From: Halobacteriovoraceae bacterium
GTDB lineage: Bacteria > Bdellovibrionota > Bacteriovoracia > Bacteriovoracales > Bacteriovoracaceae
Assembly (NCBI GenBank): GCA_963719505.1
Contig: CAVRCF010000002.1
Span: 96,001 to 160,000 of the forward strand
DNA: 64,000 nucleotides
Reading direction: 5' to 3'
In this document: positions 29,290 through 40,022 of the stretch, piece after piece
Layout: every line of letters begins with the position of its first letter
Position numbering within the stretch: the first letter of the stretch is position 1
Position numbers and translations under genes: made by a program
The notes under the pieces: generated by a model
The model's database searches: none
What the model was told of the DNA's origin: nothing
The model's input: only the letters and a program-made list of their open reading frames with translations

Positions 29290-29883
29290 TTATTTAAAAA
29301 AATCACAGTTTATGTCTGTTTCAGCGTATAGCTTGCCAGGATAGCTCATAATATGATCTAAGCCTGCCCCTTCATTCTGAGAGTTCACAACATGAATTTT
29401 TAATTTATATAATTCTGTGCTACTGAAAGTTGAATGAATATTAATGTTACATGAGCTATCAACGAACCCAACACTTGTCGACGGTTCACTAAAGTAAGGG
29501 ACCCATGAATATCCATTTGGTTCACCAAATTGGTTGAAAACGGGAACTCTTTTTTGAGCTGATACTGAAAAACTGTGACTAGAGCAAGGAAGCATAAAAT
29601 CCTGTCTTCCCTCAACAGATGAAAACGTATATTTCTCAGAGTTATCGGTGTTTTTAACTTGCCCTTTTTTATTGGTACGATATCTTTCTACACTCCCGCT
29701 AACCTCAACTCTTGCAACTCCATCAGAGCATAACTGTAAAGCAGAGCTGTCGATCAGTTTAAGATCTAAAGTTCTTACAATGTCTTCTCTTCCTAGTTTT
29801 AAGTCAGGCGTAATTAGTTCTGTTTTTTCGCATGCAGCAGTTAGACTAATTGCTGTAAGTAATAATAATGTTTTTTTCATCAT
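29290..29883 (-). CDS. Hypothetical lipoprotein
   Basis: Lipobox LTAAC; AGGAG RBS. Confidence 0.8.
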   Translation of the reverse strand: MMKKTLLLLTAISLTAACEKTELITPDLKLGREDIVRTLDLKLIDSSALQLCSDGVARVEVSGSVERYRTNKKGQVKNTDNSEKYTFSSVEGRQDFMLPCSSHSFSVSAQKRVPVFNQFGEPNGYSWVPYFSEPSTSVGFVDSSCNINIHSTFSSTELYKLKIHVVNSQNEGAGLDHIMSYPGKLYAETDINCDFFK

Positions 29884-29934
29884 TTCTCCTTATTGATATT
29901 TATTGTTTGTATGTATTGTTCTAACTTCTATAGA

Positions 29935-29951
29935 AGCAAAACGGATGCCAA
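29935..29951 (-). promoter_or_regulatory. Putative sigma54 promoter
   Basis: TTGGCATCCGTTTTGCT, correct GG-N10-GC spacing, about 50 nt upstream of 29883. Confidence 0.7.
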
Positions 29952-30231
29952 GAAAAAAGCATACATTTGAGTATTACTAAAAAAAAAGCGAATAAACCTT
30001 ATTCACCCGTAAAAATATTCGACAATTTTAATACGTTTCTTAATCCGATTTACGTCATAATACTCAAAGACTGACTAGAAATTCATATTGTTGGAAGTCC
30101 AAACCTTACGTATTGATAAAGTTTCCAAGAACTCAAATACCTGTATTTTATTTTGAAGAAATGAGACCTAGGCACCTTTTGACAATAAATTCTTTAGTAA
30201 ATAACGACAAGTGATTAGAATTACAATGATT

Positions 30232-30258
30232 TTAGCTTTGGCGCTCTTTTGCCGATAA
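30232..30258 (+). promoter_or_regulatory. Putative sigma28 promoter
   Basis: TTAG-N15-GCCGATAA, with a perfect -10 element. Confidence 0.65.
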
Positions 30259-30277
30259 GGAACTAACGGAGGTAATA

Positions 30278-30532
30278 ATGAAAATCATTATTTGTTTGTC
30301 ACTTGTATCAGTATTCGCTTTTGCTAAGAGTTCTTCTTTTTCAGGGTTTAGCGAAGCTTTAAATGAAAATATTGATAAGGTGATAGAGAACAATCCCCAG
30401 ATTTATGAGACAAGAGAAATCAAAAAAGAAACTAAGATAAAGAGGGGACCTGCCTCAGTGAGTACAGATCCCGTAGATAAAACTGAAAAAATAAATGGTT
30501 TTGATAAATTAGAAGTTGGTTCTTCTCATTAA
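30278..30532 (+). CDS. Small secreted hypothetical protein
   Basis: GGAGG RBS; signal peptide ending AFA; contains RGPAS. Confidence 0.8.
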   Translation: MKIIICLSLVSVFAFAKSSSFSGFSEALNENIDKVIENNPQIYETREIKKETKIKRGPASVSTDPVDKTEKINGFDKLEVGSSH

Positions 30533-30542
30533 TACTCAAAGA

Positions 30543-31280
30543 CTAAGATAAGAACTTCTCAAAAAGATTTATCGGCACAGGAAAGATTGTTGATGTTTTA
30601 CCAGCACCTGTTGAGATATCTCTCATCGTATCTAAATACCTTAATGTAATTGCTTCTTTTTGCGTTCCAAGAACAGCAGCTGCTTCCGCAAGTTTTTGCG
30701 CGGCTTGAAATTCCCCATCTGCAGAGATGATTTTTGCTCTTTTCTCTCTTTCTGCTTCAGCTTGTTTCGCCATCGCTCTTTGCATACTCTCTGGAAGGTC
30801 GATCGCTTTTAATTCAACATTCGTTACTTTGATTCCCCATGGCTCAGTTAGTTCATCAAGAATAACTTGGAGCTTATTGTTGATGTCTTCTCTTTGGGAG
30901 AGGATTTCATCTAGCTCATACTGACCAATAACAGATCTTAAAGTTGTTTGAGCAATTTGAGCAGTTGCATGATAAAAATTTTCAACATGGATAATTGATT
31001 TTTCAGGGTTCTTAACGCTGAAATAAACGACACCGTTTACTTTTAACGTCACGTTATCCTTTGTGATAATATCTTGGCTTGGAACATCCATCGTCACAAC
31101 ACGAAGATCAACTTTAACCATCTTCTCAACTCCTGGAATAAGGAGAATGAGTCCCGGTCCACGAACTCCACCAAAAGAACCTAGTCTGAAAACAACGCCT
31201 CTTTCGTATTCGTTTAAAATCTTAACTGAGCTCAATACAAGTATCAGAGCGACAACAATAAATGGGATATAAGTCACCAT
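30543..31280 (-). CDS. SPFH/stomatin-like (slipin) protein
   Basis: [35 protein letters not shown]. Confidence 0.95.
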   Translation of the reverse strand: MVTYIPFIVVALILVLSSVKILNEYERGVVFRLGSFGGVRGPGLILLIPGVEKMVKVDLRVVTMDVPSQDIITKDNVTLKVNGVVYFSVKNPEKSIIHVENFYHATAQIAQTTLRSVIGQYELDEILSQREDINNKLQVILDELTEPWGIKVTNVELKAIDLPESMQRAMAKQAEAEREKRAKIISADGEFQAAQKLAEAAAVLGTQKEAITLRYLDTMRDISTGAGKTSTIFPVPINLFEKFLS

Positions 31281-31289
31281 AGTTTCTCC

Positions 31290-32597
31290 TTAAAGTTTAT
31301 TAATTGTTATGTTCATTTCATTATTATTTTGTTCAACGACTTTTACTTTTTCACCTATTTTGTATTCCTCACTGCTATAAGCATTCCAAATCTCTCCTGC
31401 GACTTTTACTTGATACTTATGAACTCCATCTAAAGAGTCGATTTTGTTTGAGATCAAACCTGTCTCATCACTTACTTCAAAAAATTTATCTTTTTTCCCT
31501 CGTCCTTTGAATATGACAAATCCCACCACAAAAATATAAATTGCAATCGCCGCTACTGAGGAGAGGATGACGGGAAGTTGAAGATCTAAATAAGCATCTT
31601 GTGTTCTAAAAAGGAAAAGGGATCCAAAAATTAAAGAGGCGATACCTGCTATAGAGAGCACTCCATAGCTTGTTATATAAGCTTCCAGGATAAAGAGAAC
31701 GAAAGACAGAACAATAAGGCCTAGGGCGCCAAAGTTAAGCGGAAGAATTTGAAAACCTATTGCAGCTAAAACTAAGCAGACTGCCCCTATGGCACCTGCG
31801 ATCATTCCTCCAGGAGCTTGGAATTCAAAATACAGTAGTGCCGCACCAATGATAAAAAGAATATAAGCTGTCATAGGATTGGCGAAAATATTTAAAATAC
31901 TCTGACCTGGGTCCATATCAATATCATTCATCTCCATAAGATTGGTCGTCTTGAGGGTGAGGTCTTTTCCTTTTAGTCTTATTTTTTTCTCATTAATAAG
32001 CTGATTTACATCTTGCATATTGTTGGCGATGCCATCAATGATATTTTCCTTTAAGGCTATCTCAGCATCAAAGCTTTCCGCTTTTGAGATCATTTTCTCA
32101 AAGAGTTTTGCATTTCTTCCGCGGGCTTTAGCAAGGGACGTCACTAGGGCGACAAGATCATTAATGGCCTTGTTTCTTCCATCACTCTCTTTTATATCTT
32201 CCCCTAGACCAACGGGTGTCGCAGCACCGATATTCGTCCCCTCACTCATAAAAAGCAGGTGTGCAGAGCTTGCGATAATGGCACCTGCACTGGTTGCACT
32301 GGCGCCTTCTGGAGTGATCCAGATAAAGACCGGAATATCGAGACTTCCAATAAGTGTGATGATGGATTTTGTGGTCGTTACCAAGCCCCCTGGGGTGTCG
32401 AGTTTTATGATGGCCGCTTGATTTTTAGAGGCACTTAAACTTTTTAGAGAACTATCTAAATAATTTAATGTCGCTGGGTTGATACTTGAGTTAACTTCAA
32501 GTACTTTAAGATCCTTAATTTCATAGACGTCTTGAGCGAAAGCTAGGGCGTTAGAGACAGACAGTAATAAGAGGATGATGATTTTAACTATTTTCAT
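31290..32597 (-). CDS. Long-form NfeD membrane-bound serine protease
   Basis: LDTPGGL, ASATSAG, GTNIGAATPV, TM bundle, C-terminal OB fold GEIWNA; canonical partner of stomatin. Confidence 0.93.
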   Translation of the reverse strand: MKIVKIIILLLLSVSNALAFAQDVYEIKDLKVLEVNSSINPATLNYLDSSLKSLSASKNQAAIIKLDTPGGLVTTTKSIITLIGSLDIPVFIWITPEGASATSAGAIIASSAHLLFMSEGTNIGAATPVGLGEDIKESDGRNKAINDLVALVTSLAKARGRNAKLFEKMISKAESFDAEIALKENIIDGIANNMQDVNQLINEKKIRLKGKDLTLKTTNLMEMNDIDMDPGQSILNIFANPMTAYILFIIGAALLYFEFQAPGGMIAGAIGAVCLVLAAIGFQILPLNFGALGLIVLSFVLFILEAYITSYGVLSIAGIASLIFGSLFLFRTQDAYLDLQLPVILSSVAAIAIYIFVVGFVIFKGRGKKDKFFEVSDETGLISNKIDSLDGVHKYQVKVAGEIWNAYSSEEYKIGEKVKVVEQNNNEMNITINKL

Positions 32598-32627
32598 TCC
32601 CCGAACTTACAATCAAAAGAGCGTAAT

Positions 32628-33932
32628 GTGAAAAAATTAATTTTAGGTACTTTTCTAAACCCCTTAAATGACAGCAAGTGTGAGCTATTTAAAGATGGTG
32701 CAATGGTTGTCAAAGAAAAGAAAATTCAAGGTGAAATGACTTATGTTGTTGATGCATTGGGTCCAGTAAAAAAAGTTTCAGCTAAATATAAAGACTATGA
32801 TGAGGTGATAGATCTTAGGGATAAGATTATTATGCCTGGATTTTTTGATATGCATTTTCACTGGGTACAAGACGATGTTCGCGAGATGCCAAAAGATAAT
32901 CTGCTAACTTGGTTAGATAAATATACATTTCCCGCGGAGAGGATGTTTGAAAACAAAGAGTACGCTCAAAAGAAGGCGCAGTTTTTCTTCGATCGTCTTT
33001 TAAAAACGGGAACTGTTGGGGGAGCTTGTTACTCATCAATTCATGAACATGCTCTCAATTATGCTTTCAAATACGCCAAAGGAGACTTTGTTATTGGGAA
33101 CGTTCTTATGACGATTAATTCTCCAGATTTCTTAACTCAAAAGAAATCTAAAGCTGTAAAGCTTGCGGGAAAACTGTCGGAAAAATATAAAGAGAAATAC
33201 GCTTTGACACCCAGGTTCGCTATTGCAACAGATCCAGAAACGATGAGAGAGACGGCGAAGCTTGCAAAGAAAAACAAGTCATTCTTACAGACACATTTAT
33301 CAGAAACACCCAATGAAATTGAGTTTGTAAAAAGTATTTATAAAGACATTAAAGGTTTTGAGAAAGTAAAGTCCTACACGCAGATTTACAAGAAAGTGGG
33401 GATGTTGAGTTCTAAAACAATTATGGGACATGGAATCCATTTAGATCCTGAAGAGTTGGAGATGTTGTCAAAATCAAAAACAGCTATTGCTCACTGTCCA
33501 ACTTCCAATGCACAAATAAAGGAGTTGGGTTTAGGTTCTGGACTTTTTGACTTTAAAAAAATCGAAAAAGCAAAAATCAGATGGGCATTAGCGTCAGATA
33601 TCGGCGGCGGTCCGTATGTTTCGATGTTTGATGTTATGAGGTCGTTTGTGGATCAAAACGAGAGAAAAAAGGTAAAAGGTGCGACCCACATCAAAGCTCT
33701 TTTCAGATCGACCTTGGCCGGAGCAGAGATCTTAAAACTCGGTAAGACCAGAGGTAATCTCGAAAAAGGTAAAATCGCAAATTTCATCGCTGTTGATAGG
33801 CCAAAAAGTATAAATTCGAGTGATAAAGCTGAACAGATTTTGAAAAAAATTATTGCGACTCATAAGAATGAAAGAAATCTCTACGATGACATGGTTGCCC
33901 AAGTCTTTTTTCACGGAGAAAGGGTAGACTAA
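32628..33932 (+). CDS. guaD: Guanine deaminase
   Basis: PGFFDMHFH, LLTWLDKYTFPAE, TPRFA, QTHLSE, AHCPTSN..LGSGLF, SDIGGG. Confidence 0.9.
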   Translation: MKKLILGTFLNPLNDSKCELFKDGAMVVKEKKIQGEMTYVVDALGPVKKVSAKYKDYDEVIDLRDKIIMPGFFDMHFHWVQDDVREMPKDNLLTWLDKYTFPAERMFENKEYAQKKAQFFFDRLLKTGTVGGACYSSIHEHALNYAFKYAKGDFVIGNVLMTINSPDFLTQKKSKAVKLAGKLSEKYKEKYALTPRFAIATDPETMRETAKLAKKNKSFLQTHLSETPNEIEFVKSIYKDIKGFEKVKSYTQIYKKVGMLSSKTIMGHGIHLDPEELEMLSKSKTAIAHCPTSNAQIKELGLGSGLFDFKKIEKAKIRWALASDIGGGPYVSMFDVMRSFVDQNERKKVKGATHIKALFRSTLAGAEILKLGKTRGNLEKGKIANFIAVDRPKSINSSDKAEQILKKIIATHKNERNLYDDMVAQVFFHGERVD

Positions 33933-33969
33933 GTTCTCGTCAAATTCTATGATACAGCTTGGAGATGCC

Positions 33970-34620
33970 ATGAAAAAAATCTTATTTTTAGCTCTTGGAT
34001 TGAGCTTGTTTTTGAACTTATACCTTATTGACTCAAGTGTTGAAGTTGTTAATGACTTTGATGAAAAGCCAATAGAGAGAGTTAAAAAAGAGAAGTCTTT
34101 GCAAGACAAGGTTATCTTGGCACAGTCTTCCATCTCGAAAAAAATTCAAGCAAATGCAAATCTTTGTGCATGCCCAAGTTTAGACGATACCGACAAAGAA
34201 GTTTCAAAAGCTCCTGAGAGAAAAGTCTATGACGAAGAAACGGCTGCAAAAAAGATGAAACAAATAACGAAAGATTGGCATAAAAAATCTCACGATTTTC
34301 TTTTTAATGAGTTACGCCTAAGGGAAGAACAAATCGAGCGCTATAAAGAATTGGTGCTGATGAGAAAACAAGAAGCCGACGAGTTCTTTAGTCCAAAGGT
34401 CAAGCGTGCTGAGGAAAATGCAAAATTAAATAACGAAGAAAATGCTTATTATATTCATTCTACTGAGGACACTGTTTTTATGGGAAAATTGGCCGAGCGC
34501 TATGATTCACTACTAAGACAAAACTTTGGAGATCAAGCTTTTTCTGACTATAAAAAGTTTATAAATAAATATAACAAAGAGATAGCGAAAGAAGATTTCT
34601 TTTATCCCATTGAGTTCTAG
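33970..34620 (+). CDS. Membrane-anchored or secreted hypothetical protein
   Basis: GGAG RBS before ATG 33970 (MKKILFLALG); helical body. Confidence 0.75.
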   Translation: MKKILFLALGLSLFLNLYLIDSSVEVVNDFDEKPIERVKKEKSLQDKVILAQSSISKKIQANANLCACPSLDDTDKEVSKAPERKVYDEETAAKKMKQITKDWHKKSHDFLFNELRLREEQIERYKELVLMRKQEADEFFSPKVKRAEENAKLNNEENAYYIHSTEDTVFMGKLAERYDSLLRQNFGDQAFSDYKKFINKYNKEIAKEDFFYPIEF

Positions 34621-34886
34621 TAAAAAAGAAAACAAATATTTCCTCTTGCTACTTTGCTATTGTCTCTAACTCATTGATTTGATTCCTAAGAACAATTGAC
34701 AGTGCGCCAATGAAGCTTGATATAAGGCGACACAAGCATTTTCTTTTTTTACCTATCACTTTTTTTTTCTTTTTTTGTGGCAGAATTATAAAACCAAAAC
34801 AGGGATTGTTTTTTTTAAAAACATGCAGACAATTCATAAAAACTGTTTATTATAGAGACCTCATTTAAAATATTTTAGGAGACTAA

Positions 34887-35258
34887 ATGCGTTGCTTTAA
34901 AAACATTGCCGAACTAATAAAAAGTAAAAGACTTCAACACCCCAAAGCTTATTCTCAATCAGAGTTGTCACATTTATTAGGTTATAAAAATGGTCAGTTT
35001 ATTTCAAACGTTGAAAGAGCGCTTTGTAATATTCCTCTCAAGATGCTGGGTAAGGTGTCTGAGGTTTTAGATATTACTCCTGAGACTTTAAAAGAAGCTA
35101 TCCTTAAGGATCATGAGGAGACTTTAAATAACTATCTTGAAACTTCTATGGGGACTTCTGCAAATGTCTCTAGCTTAAGAACAGACACAAGTGATCACAG
35201 CGCGACTGCCGCATCTTTTACAGATAATAATACCTTTAAAATGTCATCTAATTCGTAG
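34887..35258 (+). CDS. XRE-family HTH transcriptional regulator
   Basis: YSQSELSHLLGYKNGQFISNVER HTH; AGGAG RBS. Confidence 0.88.
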   Translation: MRCFKNIAELIKSKRLQHPKAYSQSELSHLLGYKNGQFISNVERALCNIPLKMLGKVSEVLDITPETLKEAILKDHEETLNNYLETSMGTSANVSSLRTDTSDHSATAASFTDNNTFKMSSNS

Positions 35259-35285
35259 AGTTAAAAAGAATAGGCTATGAAAAAT

Positions 35286-35870
35286 TTAAACTGATTGTTT
35301 GTATTTTTCGTAGTCTTCCATAGTCCCAGCAGATTCTTCAGTATCATCGGCCCAAGAAGCTTCTTTTTGTTTTGGAAGTAAATGCGGATCTTCAAATTCA
35401 CCTTCAAAACTTACTTCATCACCAACAGGTTCTAAATCGTAAGTGGTAGAGAATTGTCTATCTTCTGGATATAAGTTTACTCTTTTGGCTATAACTTCTT
35501 TTTGCCAATCAAGTTGAAGGGTCGATTCATAATTATACAAATTGCGTCTGCTTTTTTCTAAGTTGGCGACCACTTTATCTAACTGTCGTCCTGATAATCT
35601 ACCGTGAACCTCGGAGTACTTCTTTCTTGCAATAAGGTGTTGCTCAAGGAGGTTGTCGTACTTTTGCAAAACCCTTGCAGGTGTCAGGGTTTTTGGTCTT
35701 CTATTTTTGTTACTTGGTCTTTTCTTGGTTGTGCTTGATTTAGCAGCGCCATCAGCTTTCTTTGCACCTTGAGGAGCTTTATCTCCAGTGTTCGGCTTTT
35801 TCTTATTTTTATTATATCGTTTTTTAGGTCGATTATTTGATTTAGGTTTATTGGCTTTTTCTTCAGTCAT
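35286..35870 (-). CDS. Hypothetical protein with a basic low-complexity N-terminus and acidic C-terminus
   Basis: 194-aa ORF; AGGAG RBS. Confidence 0.75.
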   Translation of the reverse strand: MTEEKANKPKSNNRPKKRYNKNKKKPNTGDKAPQGAKKADGAAKSSTTKKRPSNKNRRPKTLTPARVLQKYDNLLEQHLIARKKYSEVHGRLSGRQLDKVVANLEKSRRNLYNYESTLQLDWQKEVIAKRVNLYPEDRQFSTTYDLEPVGDEVSFEGEFEDPHLLPKQKEASWADDTEESAGTMEDYEKYKQSV

Positions 35871-36038
35871 GACAATGTGCTCCTAGAAGCATTTAAATTT
35901 AACTCTAGCGAAATAGTAACCTTTTAGGGGTTTATTTGTCTAATTTATTCCATCTTGTTCATTTACTAGATGGGGCGCATTCGTTATAATTGGGGCGTTT
36001 TAAGTCTGTTAAATATAAATCACCTTGGAGGGTACAAA

Positions 36039-37020
36039 ATGACAAAAAGAGTCAGAGTTGCTGTAACAGGTCCAGCCGGTCAAATTGGATATGCTATTTT
36101 TTTTAGAATCGCTTCTGGTCAGATGTTTGGAACGGATGTTCAGGTTGATTTAAACTTCTCGAATTGCCTCAAGCCCTTGGAGCACTTGAGGGTGTGAAGA
36201 TGGAGCTTGATGATTGTGCTTTCCCACTTTTAAAGAGTATCATTTGTACGGATAAGATGGATGTTGCTTTTAAAGATGCAAACTGGATTTTAGCTATTGG
36301 TGCTGTTCCAAGAAAAGACGGAATGGAGAGAGCGGATCTTCTTAAAGTTAATGGCGGAATCTTTGGACCACTTGGTAAAGCAATGGCGAAAGTATCAGCG
36401 CCAGATTCAAAACTTTTTGTTGTTGGAAACCCATGTAATACAAACTGTTATATTGCGATGAAAGCTTCTGGTTTAGCTCCAGATAGATTTTATGCTATGA
36501 CGACTCTTGATGAAAATAGAGCTAAGACTCAATTGGCCCAAAAAGCTGGTGTCGATGTTACAAAAGTGACTAATATGACTATTTGGGGAAATCACTCTGC
36601 AACTCAATACCCAGATTTTTACAATGCAAAAATCAATGGGAAAAGTGCTGCTGAAGTTATCAATGATCAGAAGTGGTTTAAGGAAACTTTTATTCCAACT
36701 GTTCAAAAGAGAGGAGCCGCGATCATTAAAGCCCGTGGAGCTTCAAGTGCAGCGAGTGCTGCTAACGCTGCCGTTCAAGGAATTTACAATTTGACTCACG
36801 ATACTCCAAAAGGTGAAACATTTTCAATGTGTCTAGCATCTAACGGACAGTATGGAGTGGATGAGGAACTCATTTTCTCTTACCCGTGTCGTGTTGAAAA
36901 TGGAAAGCTGAAAGTTGTTGAAGGTGTTGAGCATAATGAGTTTGGAAAAGAGAAATTCAATGCAACATTAGAAGAATTAAAGAGTGAAAGAGAAACAGTT
37001 AAGGAATTAGGTTTATTTAA
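36039..37020 (+). CDS. mdh: Malate dehydrogenase (type 2) with frameshifts near 36153 and at the 3' end (probably errors)
   Basis: [18 protein letters not shown] from ATG 36039; [51 protein letters not shown]; the tracked ORF runs through the terminator, so the true stop is near 37020. Confidence 0.93.
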
Positions 37021-37033
37021 GTTATTTATAAGC

Positions 37034-37067
37034 AAGGAGTCCCTTAAACAGGGGACTCCTTTTTTTT
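37034..37067 (+). terminator. Rho-independent terminator after mdh
   Basis: AAGGAGTCCCT-loop-GGGGACTCCTT followed by a T run. Confidence 0.85.
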
Positions 37068-37097
37068 GCGCATAGGCGTGTTTAAGAGGAAGAAGTC

Positions 37098-37877
37098 GTG
37101 GTCGATTATACAACAGAAGAGAAAATTAAATTATCCGGTTTTAATAATTTAACAAAGATTTTAAGTTTTAACTTGTACGATTTTTGTATCACATTCGATG
37201 ATAAGGAAAAGGAACGTTATATAAACTGGATTAACGAAAAATACTCCTCTGCAAAAATTTTAGAAATTTCACGAAATATTTGTAAAATTATTGACTCTGA
37301 TATTATTTCTGAATCTAAAATGGATTACGATCCTGTTGGTGCCAGCACAATGACTCTTATGAGTGATGTTCAAGGTGGTAAATGGGAGCCAGTCTCAAAT
37401 GAGGGAAATGGTTACTCTGCACATCTAACAAAGTCTCACCTCACAAGTCACACTTATCCTGATGCTTCGGAACCAAATGGAATTTGTACTTTTAGAGTTG
37501 ATTTTGATATCGCCACTTGTGGAGATATTATTCCTCTAACGGCGATCAATTATCTCTTTGAGGCTTTTGCGTGTGATGTCGTTTATATCGACTATGTCGT
37601 AAGAGGTTACACGAGACCTGATAGTGGAAAGAAGATTTATAATGATCAGTACTTTAATTCAATTCAAGATTTTATTGATCCTAAAGTTCTTAGAGACTAT
37701 AAATTTAAGTCAGATTTAAATATTCCAAGAGATAATATTTGGCAAACAAAGCTCATGGCCAAAGAAATGGGGCCAGAGAGATTTGTTTTTGATCAAAAAG
37801 ATATCAATCATCCTGAAATAGATAAAAAGATGAAAAACCTCTACAAGGAAATGGAAGAAGTTTATCACCAGTCATAG
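37098..37877 (+). CDS. speD: S-adenosylmethionine decarboxylase proenzyme (E. coli-type)
   Basis: KLSGFNNLTK.LSF..YD, K-SH pyruvoyl cleavage site (TKSHLTSHTYP), TFRVDFDIATCG. Confidence 0.92.
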   Translation: MVDYTTEEKIKLSGFNNLTKILSFNLYDFCITFDDKEKERYINWINEKYSSAKILEISRNICKIIDSDIISESKMDYDPVGASTMTLMSDVQGGKWEPVSNEGNGYSAHLTKSHLTSHTYPDASEPNGICTFRVDFDIATCGDIIPLTAINYLFEAFACDVVYIDYVVRGYTRPDSGKKIYNDQYFNSIQDFIDPKVLRDYKFKSDLNIPRDNIWQTKLMAKEMGPERFVFDQKDINHPEIDKKMKNLYKEMEEVYHQS

Positions 37878-37914
37878 GCTATAAAATCAATAGTTTAGAT
37901 ATAGAAAGAATCCT

Positions 37915-37941
37915 TTAGTTCCTCCTCAGTTTAACCGAATA
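37915..37941 (+). promoter_or_regulatory. Putative sigma28 promoter
   Basis: TTAG-N15-ACCGAATA upstream of 37960. Confidence 0.5.
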
Positions 37942-37959
37942 GTTGACTGAGGTAATTTT

Positions 37960-39960
37960 ATGAAGAACTTGTTTATTCTAACAATTATAGTTTTTAGTTT
38001 TCTATCACACGCTAATGATGTGTGTGAGATGATGTTTAAGGTTCGCTACCCCGGTAAATTAACCAAGGTTGCAACAAAAACAGCAGCAGAAAACTATAGT
38101 AAGCTATCAAAAAGTGTTAAAAGTTTAGAGACCAAAGAAGTCAAAATAGCTTTCGGTAAGAAACAAACCACTCCAACGAAATACCTTCAAGAAATACGTA
38201 AGCACTATACTGGTAAAAATGTAACAGCAAGTTACAAACCTAAAGATCACTTTGATGAGATTGATGACGTTTATAATGCGGTTAAAGAGATGCCTGAGGA
38301 AGTTGTTGTCAAAAAACTTCAAGAGTCGATGAAAAGATATTCCGAAGGTTATAAAGCTTCGATGGGGACGGATTTAAAAATTCCAGGAGTTGATGCGGAT
38401 TACGATGGACAGACACTTAATAGTCTTTTCCAAAAAGCGATAAAAGGTGATGCTTCAGACTTTAATAAATACATTGATAACTTTTTAGTGACTGATCCGA
38501 ATACAAATAAACTCGATCTTCTGAGAGCTGAGCTTATGTCTTGGTATGGTCAAGAGATGGACATGTTCTATGAGCCCCTTATTAATCAAGTTAAAAGGAA
38601 AGCCTCTACTTCAACTGATAACGGTGTAACCGTAACGAAAAAACAGATTTCAGAATGGAAGAAAAGAGCTGACTATATTGAAGAAGTAAAAGAGGCTAAA
38701 TTTAAAATATCCAGGGCCATCAATCGACTTGAGTCCTTTCAAAACTCGCAAGTCAAGCGCGTGGGAATGGATGACTTTGTCATGACAAGAAATGGGAATC
38801 TCGATAAGTTAACCTATCTCGAGCTTTCAGATTATGAAACTTATTCTCGATCACTTATTTATGATCTTTCTAATAACGGATCACTTAAAAGAGTCAACGG
38901 TAAAGAGTTTAAACTACCTACAAAAGATGCTGGACATAAAGATATCAAAAAAATGTACAGTGATCTGGATGAAGGAAATTTAGGAATCCTCTCTATTGAA
39001 GAATACAGAGACATTGTTTCTAAAAATGCCTTCCCAATGTTTGTTAAACGCCACGATATGAGACATGTCCACTATGCACTTTCTCATCCACGAGCTCTTG
39101 GAGCGGTGATGGGGGCTACTCGCTCACAAAACCATCTACGTTTTACTCAACTGGGAGGAATGTACGAGGCAATTGAAACCGTCCAATATGGCTTCGAGCA
39201 ATCGATCGCACAATATTTTTCAAGAAAAATTGATCAGAATACTTTTATGATGATGAAAAGAAATTTGGACCTAGAAGAGTCGATGCTCACACTTGCCACG
39301 ACTCCTAGAGTTTTCTCTTATGGGATAGGAGAAGCTCACGGTTACGGATACCACTGGAGAGATAGTGTGAAATCCCTCAAAGGCTGGGCCCTAAAACGGT
39401 GGTGAACTCTTCTCAAGAGGTTGTTATCGATGGCTCTTTAAGATTAAAAAGAGGTGTTGTTGACGGGAAGGAGAAATTTATTAAGGTGGCAAAAATTAAA
39501 AATCCTGATGGAACAATTCAAGAGCTTCCTGTCTATATGGACTCCTCTGGTAAATATAGTTCCAGAACAGAAGTTGACCCCAATATGGCATCTTTTCAAG
39601 AAGACATAGAGATGATGGTTAAAAATCAACAAGAGCAGCTCGAAAAATATAATGCTGTTAGAGAGATCTGTTGTAAAAAGAGCAAATGAAAAAAATAAAT
39701 ATTGGTATGAAGTCATGACTGAGGAAGAGGAAGTTCTTTTTCATATGTACAATTATCAAAAAGATCCAGAAAGAGCGGCTGTGAATGTTTTTATTAAAAA
39801 TGAAACAGGTGAAGCCGTAAGTGATATTTCTTATATTAATGAGCAGATGTTGAGTCCTGATGGGGCTAAATGGAAAAATGATGGTAGAGCTCATTACTCA
39901 GGAGATGGAACCACAGGAGAGTTTGGCTTTGGTTCCGGGACGAATGTTCCAGGCGAGTAA
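37960..39960 (+). CDS. Secreted hypothetical protein, probably one ~666-aa gene split into three ORFs by two compensating frameshifts
   Basis: Signal peptide; overlapping ORFs 37960-39405, 39399-39689 and 39652-39960, first and last in the same frame, no clear RBS for the latter two. Confidence 0.55.
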
Positions 39961-40022
39961 ACGCATCAAGTCGTGAATTATAAAAATTAAGCCTTTAAAA
40001 TATTCCTCTACAAGGAATAGCT

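Noticed and set aside
28293-29883. Integron cassette array
   Set aside because: No attC-like repeats between the genes and no integrase
24965-30169. TGAGACCT direct repeat flanking the island as att sites
   Set aside because: Only 8 bp, a third copy occurs inside the hydrolase gene near 25502, and there is no integrase
30239-30253. TGGCGC..TTGC as a sigma54 promoter
   Set aside because: GG-GC spacing is 9 rather than 10; the overlapping sigma28 match fits better
36164-37075. Mdh lacking its Rossmann N-terminus and carrying a C-terminal extension
   Set aside because: Explained by frameshifts: the N-terminus is in the 35970 ORF and the extension reads through the terminator
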